Assembly: GCA_964016885.1 (NCBI GenBank)
Contig: OZ024764.1
Location: 11,098,001-11,162,000, forward strand
Direction: 5' to 3'
DNA: 64,000 bases
Source of the DNA: Eledone cirrhosa
Taxonomy: Eukaryota
Made by a program: the position numbers and the translations under genes. A model generated the notes under the pieces. The model searched no databases and was not told where the DNA came from. It was given only the letters and a program-made list of their open reading frames with translations. The number at the start of each line of letters is the position of its first letter. The stretch's first letter is position 1. Of the stretch, positions 1-11,177 are shown piece after piece.

Positions 1-1329
1 TGCTGCTACTTATTGCACCAGAGCACCGGCCACATGTAAAATCTGTGTTCTTAGTTAGCTTACCTGTGATCCCACTACATCTTTTATGCACCCATACTTT
101 GCATTTGGGACATAAAATGGAGTTTCTACCTACGCCTTTCCTACACACTGAGCATGGCCATTTCCCGGAAAGGACCGGCGCCTTATTTTCTTTCCTACAA
201 ACTAGAACTTTAGTCTTAGCCAGGTTAATTTTAAGGCCTTTTGATTCTAGGCCGTGCTTCCATGTTTGGAATTTCTTCTCTAGCTCGGCCATTGATTCAG
301 CTATGAGCGTTAGGTCATCTGCGTATAGGAGTTCCCATGGGCAGCCGGTCTTGAACTCCTCTGTTATAGCCTGAAGAGCAATAATAAATAGTAGGGGGCT
401 AAGAACAGAGCCCTGATGGACACCAACTTTTACGCTAAACTCTTCACTATATTCGTTGTTAATTCTAACCTTGCTCACTGTTTCTTTATACATGGCTTGT
501 ATAGCTCTCACAAGCCATTCGTCAACACCTAGTTTTCTAAGAGCCCACCAGATAATGGAACGGGGGACTCTGTCGAAGGCTTTCTCCAAGTCGACAAAGA
601 CTAAGTATAGGGGTTTACTTTTAGCTAGGTACTTCAACTGTAGTTGTCGTACAATGAAAAGAGCGTCTGTGGTACTTTTGCCTGACACAAACCCGAACTG
701 CATTTCATCTAGATCGATTCTCTCTCTGATTAGTTGCACTATTACTTTTTCCGTGACCTTCATGACCTGGTCGATTAATTTAATGCCTCTATAGTTACTC
801 CTATCTAGGGCGTCTCCTTTACCCTTGTAGCAGTTAATGATGATGCTGCTACGCCAGTCCTTCAGAACAACCCCATTCTGTATGACTTGGTTTACTATCC
901 GGGTGACCATGGTGTGTCCCACCGTTCCAGAGGCCTTCAGCATCTCAGCAACTATTTCCGAAGGCCCAGCCGCCTTACCCGTCTTCATTTGATTGCCTTA
1001 CTTATTATACTACCTTCAACTAACACTGCTGGTCCCTCTATTGGATCGATCTGGGGGAGACTATCCTTCTCCCATTTATTCTCCTCATTTAGTAGCCTCT
1101 CGTAGTGACACTTCCAAGCGACCTTCTTATCAGCGTCAGTGATGGCGAGTACGCCATCATCATTTAGTACACACTTCTCCCCAACAATATCACGGTTTTC
1201 CTTGACACATTGCCTAGCAATCCTGAACACCTCACGTTTTTGGTCCTCGCGTTGTAGAACATGCTTGAACTTTCTTTCCTCTGCTTCCCTTCTTGCGAAG
1301 TACACTTGTCTCCTAGCTTCCCTTGTGAG

Positions 1330-1330
<1 letters not shown>
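1..1330 (-). mobile_element. RTE-clade LINE ORF fragment: reverse transcriptase followed by PHD-type zinc finger; runs off the window start
   Basis: Minus-strand translation from 988 down: MKTGKAAGPSE...NYRGIKLIDQVMK...QFGFVSGKSTTDALF...FVDLEKAFDRVP...GVHQGSVLSPLLF...LLYADDL...WPCSVC..CPKC..HKRC..CGRC. Frameshift near 988 relative to the upstream ORF 985..1380; 5'-truncated at (TA)n 1331-1370. Confidence 0.93.
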
Positions 1331-1370
<40 letters not shown>

Positions 1371-1373
<3 letters not shown>

Positions 1374-2300
1374 GAGGCATAAAACTGATGGATCAGGTTA
1401 TGAAAGTGGCAGAAAGAATATTAGCGCAACCAATTAAAGAAAGGGTCAAATTAGATGAGATGCAGTTTGGTTTTGTGCCTGGGAAAAGTACAACAGATGC
1501 CCTCTTCTTAGTGAGACAACTACAAGAGAGGTTCTTATAGAAGAATAAGCCACTATACTTAGCTTTTGTTGATCTAGAGAAGGTCTTTGATTGGGTACCC
1601 CGATCTGTTGTCTGGTGGTCCCTAAGGAAACTAGATGTAGAGGAATGATTTGTGAGGACAGTGCAAACTTTGTACAGAGGTGCTGTCAGTAAAGTCAGTG
1701 AAGGAATGGAGTTGTGAGGAATTCCAGATACAAGTAGGAGTACATCAATTCGGTCCTCAGTTCGCTCTTGTTCATTATAGTCCTCCAAGCTATAACAGAG
1801 GAGTTTAAGACTGGCTGCCCATGGGAACAGTAGAGGAGCTAGAGAATAAATTCTGGCTATGGAAACAACAGATGGAATCAAGAGGACTGAGAGTGAACTT
1901 ATGCAATGGCTGAAGAGAAATGAAGCAAGCATGCTCTGTTGGATGTGCAATGTCAATGTGCGTGAACAACCAAGCATGGATGAGTTGAGAGAGTAACTGT
2001 GTATAAGAGGGATAAGTTGTAATGTGCGGGAGAGAAGACTGCGATGGTATGGGCATGTGGCGCGCATGGAGGATGACCGGTGAGTAAAGAAGTGGCAAGA
2101 AATTCCAGTAGAAAGAAGACGCAGTTGAGGAAGACCATGAAAAACATGGGCGGAGGTGGTGAGAGCTGACCTCAGATCGCTGAAACTCACGGAGGAGATG
2201 ACAAAGGACCGTGACAAGTGGAGAGATGATGTGCTGAATAGGACCCATCCCACCATTGTAAGCGGGGATCAGCGGACATAAAGTGATGATGATAATGATG
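1371..2300 (+). mobile_element. Decayed, internally deleted RTE LINE 3' part
   Basis: RGIKLMDQVMK...QFGFVPGKSTTDALF, DLEKVFD, GCPWE, then RLRWYGHVARME; stops and frameshifts; ends in a (GAT)n tail followed by (TA)n. Confidence 0.9.
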
Positions 2301-2348
<48 letters not shown>

Positions 2349-3026
2349 GAGAAGAAAGAAGAATACTGTGTGGTTGCACATGGATTACATATGATAAAAA
2401 TAGTCCCTCGTCAGTGATTTGCCAACCATCATTGGTATTTCATCGCATTAAAAATCATATACCTCAGGTTGGTGCGAGCAATAACTAAAAAAAGTTATTG
2501 GGACCAGTAAATCTCGTAAAGCGAGGGGGACAAGTAAACAACATAGAAGGATAAAAGCATATATATATATATTTGTATATATTGGGTCGTCAATTATGAA
2601 ACTTGTAGAAATTTCTTTTTTTCTACACATTTCTACCAATATCATATATGACCCTAAATATATATATAAGAGGAATCATATGCTGTGTCCAGGAGAGGAG
2701 GTTGCATTGGTATGGTGGTCGTTGAGGTATTTGCAGTGGTGGTAGTTGCAGTAGTGATAGTTGTAGTGGTGGTGGTGGTGGTAGTTGTAGTGGTGTTATT
2801 GTTTGTACTGTGACTGATGGTAATCTTCATAAGACTTTACCATCCAACTATTCCTAAGCATATTTACACAAGCTTTACTGTATACACACATAAATATATC
2901 CAGTTTTATTGAAGTGTAACCAAGTGTATAATATTTGTTTATCTTATATATTGGAAATATTGGTTGTTTCAGGTGTCTTATAAGTGAACAATGTATTTTA
3001 CTGGATGCCATGCGAATCATGATATA

Positions 3027-3367
3027 TCATCATTCATCATCATTTCATTTTATGTCCACTTTTCCCTGCCTGCAAGGGTGGGACAGGAACTGATTCTGGC
3101 TTGATTTCTACAGCTGGATGCCCTTCCTAACACCAACCTCATTTACAGTGAGTGCTGGGTGCTTTTTTGCCGTGGCACCTCCACGACCACTTTCCAGTGG
3201 AATGATAGGGACCCCTGCCCCTATCATCTCATTTCTACAGCTGAGTAAACTGGAGCAATGTGAAATAAAGTGTCTTGCTCAAGGAAACAACACATCACCC
3301 GATCTGAGAATTGAACTCACAACCTTTCGATTGCAAGGCCAATGCTCTAATCATAAGCCATGTGCCT

Positions 3368-3370
<3 letters not shown>
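3027..3370 (-). mobile_element. tRNA-derived SINE family A
   Basis: Reverse complement of 13338-13687: A-box/B-box-like head (GAGTTCAATTC), CCTTGAGCAAGACACTT middle, RTE-type 3' end and (GAT)n tail. Confidence 0.85.
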
Positions 3371-3411
<41 letters not shown>

Positions 3412-3414
<3 letters not shown>

Positions 3415-3601
3415 TAAGTAAGACCCCGACGGCTGAGCTCAAGCCGTTTCGACGGCTAATTCTAAGACAGAATTAGCCGTCAAAACGGCTTGAGCTCAGC
3501 CGTCGGGGTCTTACTTACTCCTATTACCCACCCTACTACTCTAAGTATTGAGTACTTTGGTGCGTTATGGTCCACCTGGTTCCTTACCACTTTTCCCTCG
3601 C

Positions 3602-3602
<1 letters not shown>
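3412..3602 (+). mobile_element. Fold-back half-hammerhead element, copy 1
   Basis: ~52-bp perfect-to-near-perfect inverted arms (GAGTAAGTAAGACCCCGACGGCTGAGCTCAAGCCGTTTCGACGGCTAATTCT...), conserved tail CTATTACCCAC...GGTGCGTTATGGTCCACCTGGTTCCTTACCAC, (TA)n on both sides. Confidence 0.85.
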
Positions 3603-3634
<32 letters not shown>

Positions 3635-5009
3635 GAAAACACAGGTTAGCATTAATGCAAATAGCAGCCACTCAATTATAATTGTTGTTCACAGTCCAAA
3701 TTTTCAAAATAGTGAGTAAGTTACTCTTGAAATAATTCTTAATATATAGAGAAAAACATTTATTTGGAATTGTATTTACTAGTATAGAGAGAGAGGAATC
3801 AGAAGGTGAGGGGACAGACGGCATAGTATAGAGAGAGAGGAAGGGGGAAGAGGTAGGAAGTAGAGTGACAAACTGAGGTGGAGGTAGGGGTAGAGGTGGA
3901 AGGATTCTTTGGTCAGTTTTGATAGCAGACTTCATATCGCGGAGTGTAGTGAGTTAAAGAGAATTAAATAGATAATGGTGGGGAGAGAGGGGGGGGGGGG
4001 GGAGATATAAAGAGATAAATATATATATATACACATATATATATATACATGTATATATATATATACATACACACACACACATATATATATATATACACAC
4101 ACATATATATATATAAAAAAATAAAAATAAAGATAATAATGACAAAAATAAAAGCAAAGAAGGGGGTGAGAAGGAAGAAAAGAAAAGATAGCCAAGAAGG
4201 GGGAAGGAAGGAAGAAATAGAAGAGGAATGAGGGAGAAGGGGGGATATATGTATTGGTTTTGTGGGTAATTAAAGGGTCTAGATATAAGAGGGTATAAAG
4301 TCTAAGTATATGCAGTTTGTCAGTTGGTAGTAAGAGGTTAAGGGTTCGATTTATAGTGTGAAAACTTCTCTTTGAGTCTATGGTTACAATAAATTGATCT
4401 CTCAATTTTATTGTTGAGTAACCTATTCTTCGAACTTAAGATGTGGAACAGCTCAAGGTCGCATAATCAACAGCTTCTCATACCACTCCGCTATGGGGGC
4501 GTGTTCGATAATTTTTTCCACTTCAGGGTGTATTGATGGTTACTTTCCCTCAGTTGCCTGGTCTTGTTTGCAAGGGTAGTTACATAACGGTGCTGGGAAT
4601 GTTTCATTGTGTATATATATGCGTGTGTATATCTATCTATATATATATATTTTCTGCTACTAGAATTAATTCCATGGATTAAATCCTATATCACATCCCT
4701 ATAACTGTTTTAAGTAATTAACTATAATTTAGCACTATATATTACATTATTTTCAATAATCTAACAAAACCATTAACTGATATCCATTTAAACCTCCTTT
4801 TAAAAAAAAAAAAAAAAAATTATTAATGTAGATTCTTATTCGAAAATATAATTCCCAACAGGGAAAACTTCATTCTACCCACTCTAACACAATACAATAC
4901 TTACACAAACTTTAGTATTTTCTTACCTATATAATATTTTATCTATATTATATCTAAATTTCACTTCAACTTCGTTTCATTTAAATTCCTCAACTTATTA
5001 TATTATATA

Positions 5010-5197
5010 GGCGGTGGATTGGCAGTATCGGTAGAGGGTCGGACGCCATGCTTTCCAGCATAGTTACGTCCCTTTACAATCTGAGTTCAAATCCCGCCGA
5101 GGTTGACTTTGCCTTTCATCCTTACGGGGTCGATAAAATAAAGTACCAGTAATGCACTGGGTAATTACTGGCCTTGTGCCTAAAGTAGAAACAATTA
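5010..5197 (+). mobile_element. tRNA-related SINE family B
   Basis: GGCGGTGGATTGGCAGTATCGGTAGAG head, B-box GAGTTCAAATCCC, body GCCTTTCATCCTTACGGGGTCGATAAAATAAAGTACCAG; ten or more copies in the window. Confidence 0.85.
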
Positions 5198-5563
5198 TAT
5201 TATATATTTTTAGAACAAATTATTCCTCACAACAAGGAAATAACAAACATTTTAAGATGGTTCTATACCATTCTACTTGACATAACACACTAATCTCAGT
5301 ACCCCTTTTCCTCCAACAGTAATCTTCTTTGACCATCAACACTTTTATATACAATATGTCTAAATTCATTTACACTAACAACTCTCATTTCTTTTTTTAA
5401 AAGTCATTTAATACCTTGTCCCCTGACAGCCTATTTATTCATCTACTACTACCAACTTTAAGGATCTATACTGCCCCATCCTATTCTAGCTATTGGTCAA
5501 TTTCAACCTGGTTATAAAACGTTACTTATTCATATGTATGTTTTTTTGTATTCTTCAATAAAC

Positions 5564-5879
5564 AAAACTCATTATTTCTAATTGGCAGTATCGGTAGAGG
5601 GTCGGACGCCATGCTTTCCAGCATAGTTACGTCCCTTTACGATCTGAGTTCAAATCCCGCTGAGGTTGACTTTGCCTTTCATCCTTACGGGGTTGATAAA
5701 ATAAAGTACCAGTAATGTACCGGGTAATTGCTGGCCTTGTGCCTAAAGTAGAAACAATTATTTCTGAAGAAGGCGGGTAGTGAAGATGTATGTATTTTTT
5801 CTTACTATGATATTTTGTAATAATTGAATGAACATACAGGGAACTACCCCCCAGAAACGATCGTAAAATAATGAGTTTT
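5564..5879 (+). ncRNA. Type I hammerhead ribozyme with long stem II, interrupted in stem I by a SINE B insertion
   Basis: CTGAAGA 5764-5770; stem II GGCGGGTAGT/ACTACCCCCC; GAAA 5854-5857; palindromic stem III ACGATCGT; GTA triplet; stem I AAAACTCATTATTT (5564-5577) pairs with AAATAATGAGTTTT (5866-5879). Confidence 0.72.
5581..5760 (+). mobile_element. SINE family B with ATTATTTCT target-site duplication
   Basis: Near-identical to 5010-5197; ATTATTTCT at 5571-5579 and 5757-5765. Confidence 0.85.
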
Positions 5880-5955
5880 ACTATGAATTAACCGTTTTGT
5901 GTTTAATTTCATTGTTTTAATATTTCTCTCTCTCTCTATATATATATATATGTAT

Positions 5956-6140
5956 GTAAAAGGTAAACAGAAATAACAACACAAGAGGGTCTTAACGTTT
6001 CAGACGCTAGTCCTTCATCAGAGTTTAACAGAAATAACAACACAATCGGTACAGTATATGGAAGGGATATATTAGGTTAACGCTTGATATAGCAGGAAGA
6101 GGGTCTTAACGTTTCGGGCGCTAGTCTTTCATAAGAAGAA
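5956..6140 (-). mobile_element. Penelope-like terminal repeat with two tandem minimal hammerhead motifs
   Basis: Minus strand CTGATGAAGGACTAGCGTCTGAAACGTT (5990-6023) and degenerate TCTTCTTATGAAAGACTAGCGCCCGAAACGTTAAGA (6104-6139); the terminal GTAAAAGGTAAACAGAAATAACAACACAA recurs after (TA)n at about 55456. Confidence 0.62.
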
Positions 6141-6254
6141 AGAATGAGAAATAAGATAGATTGAAGGGACGGGCGGGTTGGAATTGGAAAAAAATGTCTT
6201 TAGATAAAAATAACAGGTCCATGTTGACATCTCTTGCAAAACTGTTGGTGCTGG

Positions 6255-6760
6255 CATCATCATCATCATCGTTTAACGTCCATCTTCCACGCTAGCATGG
6301 GTTAGATAATTTTGTTCCATTTGATTATGGGAATGGTTGGGAGACCGTATCTCACTCGCATGGAAGTGTCTCTGGCAGGTTTTTTACAGCTGGATGTCCT
6401 TCCTAACACCAACCACATTTACAGTGTGGACTGGGAGCCTTTTCACTGTGTCTCCAACATGGCCACCTTACAGTGTGGACTGTTGTGTCATCGACACAGT
6501 GGACGGAATGGGAGAGGGAGTATGGGGTAGGGTGTACATTGGGTTAAGCGGTGCCTACTGACTGTAGGTTTGTATGCAATGGTAGTCGGGTCTTCTGTAC
6601 AACTGTATGGCGCCAAAGGTCTCGATACAGTGACATTGTCTTAGAGAGGTGTAGGTGAGCAATGTCAGTTTTTATCACCTCGTCCCAGGTTTTTCTTGGT
6701 CTTCCCACTCTGTAGCTTCCATCAATTTTCATTGCCCTGCACTTTTTTATACAGCTGTCT
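6255..6760 (-). mobile_element. RTE family 2 3' end with long 3' UTR
   Basis: DSCIKKCRAMKIDG..GRPRKTWDEVIKTD; UTR module GGTGTTAGGAAGGACATCCAGCTGTA; (GAT)n tail. Confidence 0.82.
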
Positions 6761-7097
6761 GTATGTGCATGTGTATATATATACACATGATGCCTGCCCC
6801 CTCGTTATCGATTATGGCCATTGCACGAGAAAAAAAAAATATATATACATATACACACACACATAGACACATTCATACACATATACATACATATATATGT
6901 AAATCGACACAGACATATATGTATACACGCCCAAAGGTGTACATCCACAAAAATACATGTGCATGCCCATACATCCATATATAAATAAGTAGATAAATAT
7001 ACACCCATATATATCTATTTATCTCTCATCATCATCATCACCGTTTTACGTCCGTTCTTCCATGCTAGCATGGGATAGATGGATAACCTATATATAT

Positions 7098-8440
7098 AAA
7101 CTGCATAAATCAGATATCAATAGGAAGAAGCGAAATAAATCCTCCAACCATCTCAAACAGGTGACAAAAAAGGCAGTGCTTTAATTTGAGCAGCGCATAG
7201 CAACCAGCCCTGACAGTAAGGTGTTCTGGAAGTATGTTCACTCAAAGCAGAGGCCTCACTCTCCAGTTGGTCTTCTTCGCAATCCCCACACAGGCCAGGT
7301 TACTGACGACCCCAAGGAATGTGCAGAGCTCATTGCTGAATGCTATGCAGGCATTTTCACTATTGAAGACCAGAGTGTACTGTCTCCACCACCTCTGACA
7401 TCGGATTCTATTACAACTATGGAATTTACACCTGCAATGCTGCGACATCACCTTAAAAATAAACGCAACCATGCCTCTCCTGGCCTTGATGGTGTTACAA
7501 ACGTGGTGGGTACTTTATTCTGCACCAGCTATCATGCTTCTTCCAATTCTGTCTGAACAACGGTGCTACTCCAGAACAGTGGAAAACTGCCAGTGTCATT
7601 CCTCTGTTCAAAAAGGGTTACCGCACATCACCTGTGAACTATCGTCCAGTCAGTCTTACTAGCTGCATTGCCAAACTGATGGAATTCTGTGTCAGAGAAT
7701 CACTTTGGAACTTCTGGAACTCTCACAGTCTTATCCGGCCCTCGCAATTTGGATTTATCCCTAACTCCAGCTGCTGTGATCAACTTATCGAGTTTCTTGA
7801 AGACCTCACCCGGATCACTGATGGCGGCTCATGGGTGGATGCTGTTTACCTTGACTTTGCTGAAGCTTTCAATTCTGTGCCACACAAAAAACTTATGGCA
7901 AAACTCTCTGCAATGGGTGTGAAGGATGATTTTTTTAACTGGTTGAAGTCCTTCATTCTCAGTCGAAGAGAGGTAGTCACGGTTCTGGGACAGCATTCCT
8001 CACCATATGAGATGTCATCTGGTGTACCACAGAGATCGGTTCTTGGCCCCCTTTTGTTTGTGGCATATATTAATGACATAGATGTCAACTTAAAGAATGC
8101 CACAGTACTGAAATATGCAGATGACATCAAGCTGTACCTTGAGATAAAAAGGACCGATTCTGAACACTATATATTTTGCCTGCAATCTGACCTGGACACA
8201 ATGCAACAATGGATCTCGAACTGGCAACTCAAGCTAGCTGTGGACAAGTGCACCACCATGCATTTTGGGAGTAAAAACCCAGCGTCCACATACTCCCTCC
8301 ACAACACTAATATCAAGAAGTCTTCTTGTGAATGTGACCTGGGCATTACAGTCAGCAGTGATTTGCGTTGGACGAAGCACGTCTCTAAAATTGTCAAGAA
8401 GGCCGAGGGTGTCTTAGCATCACTCAGCAAGACCTTTGAC
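7098..8440 (+). mobile_element. CR1-clade LINE ORF2 fragment (reverse transcriptase)
   Basis: FWKYV, ASPGLDGV, NYRPVSLTSCIAKLME, QFGF, VDAVYLDFAEAFNSVPH, SGVPQRSVLGPLLF, YADDIKLY, LQSDLD, DLGITVSSDLRW; frameshifted, truncated at both ends. Confidence 0.9.
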
Positions 8441-8476
8441 GAGTTGTAGTGCACCTGAGCACTGTACACAATAATT

Positions 8477-8513
<37 letters not shown>

Positions 8514-8521
<8 letters not shown>

Positions 8522-8603
8522 GAGTAATGTAAATGTTATGTGAGGTAAAGCCTTTACTGTGAAAATACAATAGTATATATAGAGTAATGTAAATGCTAAA
8601 GGG
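8514..8603 (-). mobile_element. Fragment of the piggyBac-like 72-bp-satellite MITE
   Basis: Satellite unit plus terminus GTAAATGCTAAAGGG followed by TTAA (8604-8607). Confidence 0.7.
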
Positions 8604-9147
8604 TTAAAGAAACACAACAAACTACCACAAGTATTTTAACAGTTGATCTACCGGTTAATACAAACCACCATATTACTTAACTAGATATTGCTAGGTTTAT
8701 GGATTTCAGAAACCTGATAGTACTTGTCTTATTGACACTGTACAGATCACAGACAATCCATCACATTTCTTAAATCTATAACTTACTCATTCATTCCCAG
8801 ATCAATATTTGATCTTCATTGATCTATCAGCTGGTGGCACACAATTTATTTCTCTTGTTTTCTATTTCTGCCTTTTCACTGCACCCAGAAACATATATGT
8901 ATGTATACACATGCACACATATATATATATATGCATAAGAGGTTGTGTGCAGAGAGAGGCAATTGCATTGGGTATAGATATGTGATGCATATGAAGGACA
9001 ACAGCTGTATAAAAAAAGTGTAGAGCGATCAAAATTGATGGAAGCTATGGAGTGGATAGACCAAGAAAAATTTGGGATGAGGTGATAGAAACTGACCTTG
9101 TTCACTTACACCTGAAAATGATATACCAGTAACTAATCATGCAATCT

Positions 9148-9221
9148 GCACCTGATGACGCCGTCAGTGTCTTATGTCATGATAAGATGATGGAACTAGG
9201 CCATTGAAATATGTATAGTGT
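9148..9221 (+). ncRNA. Degenerate hammerhead candidate
   Basis: GCAC-CTGATGA (9152-9158), hairpin CCGTCA..TCTTAT/ATAAGA..TGATGG, GAAA 9206-9209, TATGTA-TA-GTGT; stem II junction is irregular. Confidence 0.35.
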
Positions 9222-9349
9222 TATATATATACATAAATATATATACATAAAAGGAACGATGACTTTCGTCAAATCGGACCGAGGAAACAATGTTTCCATT
9301 GGTCTTTCCAATTGCTAATTCTATCTATTGGTCGCAACTCCAGGTAGAA

Positions 9350-9469
9350 GGAGCAACGTGAAATAAAGTGTCTTGCTCAAGAACATAACGCATCATCCGG
9401 TCTGGGAATCAAAATAACAAGCTCACGATTGCGAATCCAATTCTCTAACCAGTAAGCCACATGCCTTCA
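9350..9469 (-). mobile_element. Diverged SINE A-type head
   Basis: GGAGCAACGTGAAATAAAGTGTCTTGCTCAAG...CTCTAACCAGTAAGCCACATGCCTTCA matches the reverse-complemented SINE A head. Confidence 0.7.
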
Positions 9470-9694
9470 TATATATATATATAAATACAATGTATAATAT
9501 ATACATATAACATATAATATATATATCAAACATTATGGCGTCTTTTTAAATGTAAACAAACTCCTTGACTGTGAGCTCTAGAGCTGTTTGGTGAGATTTC
9601 ATGAGATATTTACTTACAAATAATTGATTTTCGCAAGTCCCAATCAGGGAACAAAACATTTGTAAATCAATATTTACATATAACATATAACATA

Positions 9695-9880
9695 TAGGAA
9701 AATGTTTGACCCCGACGGCAGAGCTCAAGACGTTTCGACGGCTATTTCTGGACTGAATATTTCAGTCCAGAAATAGCCGTCGGGGTCAAACATTTTCTTA
9801 TTACCCACTCTACTACTCTAAGTATTGAGTACTCTGGTGTGTTATGGTCCATCTGGTTCCTTACCACACCTCCTTCGTTA
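9695..9880 (+). mobile_element. Fold-back half-hammerhead element, copy 2 (longer central hairpin, deleted right arm)
   Basis: GACGGCTATTTCTGGACTGAATATTTCAGTCCAGAAATAGCCGTC hairpin plus the family tail; (TA)n downstream. Confidence 0.8.
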
Positions 9881-9899
9881 TATATATATATATATATAT

Positions 9900-10315
9900 A
9901 CACACCACCTCCAGCCCTCCCCGCTCGGACACCCCGTCTCCCTCTCCACCCGCCACCACCCCTACTCACCCCACACCCTTCCACCGCCTGTTTACCCCCC
10001 TTTTAATTTCAGTTTATTTTGATCATGCCTTTATTTTTAAATTTTCTCATTCCTTGTATTTTGATCATGCTTTATTTTTATTTATATTTTTTGTCTTTAT
10101 TTGTTAATTTTTCATTCGCACCGTTTCCTTTCGCTATATGTCTCTCCACCACTCCCCTACACACCTTTTGAACTCTGTTCCCACACACTTCTCACCTGAA
10201 GAAGGGCTTATGCCCGAAACGTCCCCCCCCCCCCACCTACCCCCCACTCTCCTGAGCGTGAATTTAATAAACATTTATTGTACTGCCTCTCTGTTCTGTC
10301 CCTGTTCAATTTTTC

Positions 10316-10320
<5 letters not shown>
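9900..10320 (+). mobile_element. Penelope-like 3' terminus with minimal hammerhead core
   Basis: CTGAAGAAGGGCTTATGCCCGAAACGTC at 10196-10223, followed by AATAAA and a T-rich end; (TA)n on both sides. Confidence 0.6.
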
Positions 10321-10366
<46 letters not shown>

Positions 10367-10914
10367 ATGGCGTCTTTTTAAATGTAAACAAACACCTTGT
10401 CTGTGAGTTGTAGAACTGTTTGGTGAAATTTCATGAGATATTTACTTAGAAATAATTGATTTTGGTAAGTCCCAATAAGGGGTCAAAACATTTGTATATC
10501 AATATTTAATGTAAAAACGTATTTTGTAATTACTTTAATGAATAATTTGTTTCATGTGTAATTATTATTTTTAACACAATAGGATTTTGTACATATGCTT
10601 GTTTGAAAAATCTTTCAAGGAAGTATGAAACATACTTTTGTACTGTTTATTATAATAAATTACTGTACAGGGTGGTCTGAATCTTGTCACCCCTAAGGTT
10701 AACTTTGCCTTTCATCCTTACGGGGTCGATAAAATAAAGTACCAGTAATTGCTGGCCTTGTGCCAAAAGTAGAAACAATTAATTATAATATATAATAATT
10801 GTTTCTACCACCTCTCAACCACATCATATATATATATATGAAAAAAATATCGTTTTTTACAAAAACAATAAAAAAATTGGAGAGAGGTAGGTGAAGTTAA
10901 AACAGCTCAAAATA

Positions 10915-11135
10915 CAGGGTGGTCCGAAAGTCTTGTCACCCGCCTACCAAAAAGTAATGAAAAACAGTTTATGTTCCCATCGCAGTATCGTCCTCTTCAG
11001 AGGAGCTGGTTTGCCGAATCTTGGTGTGAAGTGATGTCACACATCCTCCATGCTCTTGCCAGAATGCACATGATCATGTGTCCATACACTTGCAAGCAGC
11101 CTCTCTTCCAAACTATAGGAGCTCTGAAATAGAAA
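10915..11135 (-). mobile_element. Tc1/mariner-superfamily remnant (TIR plus N-terminal HTH-like coding); mirrored at 11610-11830 and related copy at 17530-17748
   Basis: TA-CAGGGTGGTCCGAAAGTCTTGTCACCC terminus; translation ERLLASVWTHDHVHSGKSMEDV*RHFTPRFGKPAPLKRTILRWE resembles DUF4817-type transposase N-termini. Confidence 0.65.
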
Positions 11136-11177
11136 ATTATATTATTATTATTATATATTATAATAATAATATATAAG

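Noticed and set aside
45-2256. Antisense ORFs over RTE fragments
   Set aside because: Shadow frames of LINE coding sequence with no independent motifs.
3660-5560. Possible decayed Penelope coding sequence
   Set aside because: Strand-biased composition and a downstream hammerhead are suggestive, but no RT or GIY-YIG motif could be read; needs BLASTX.
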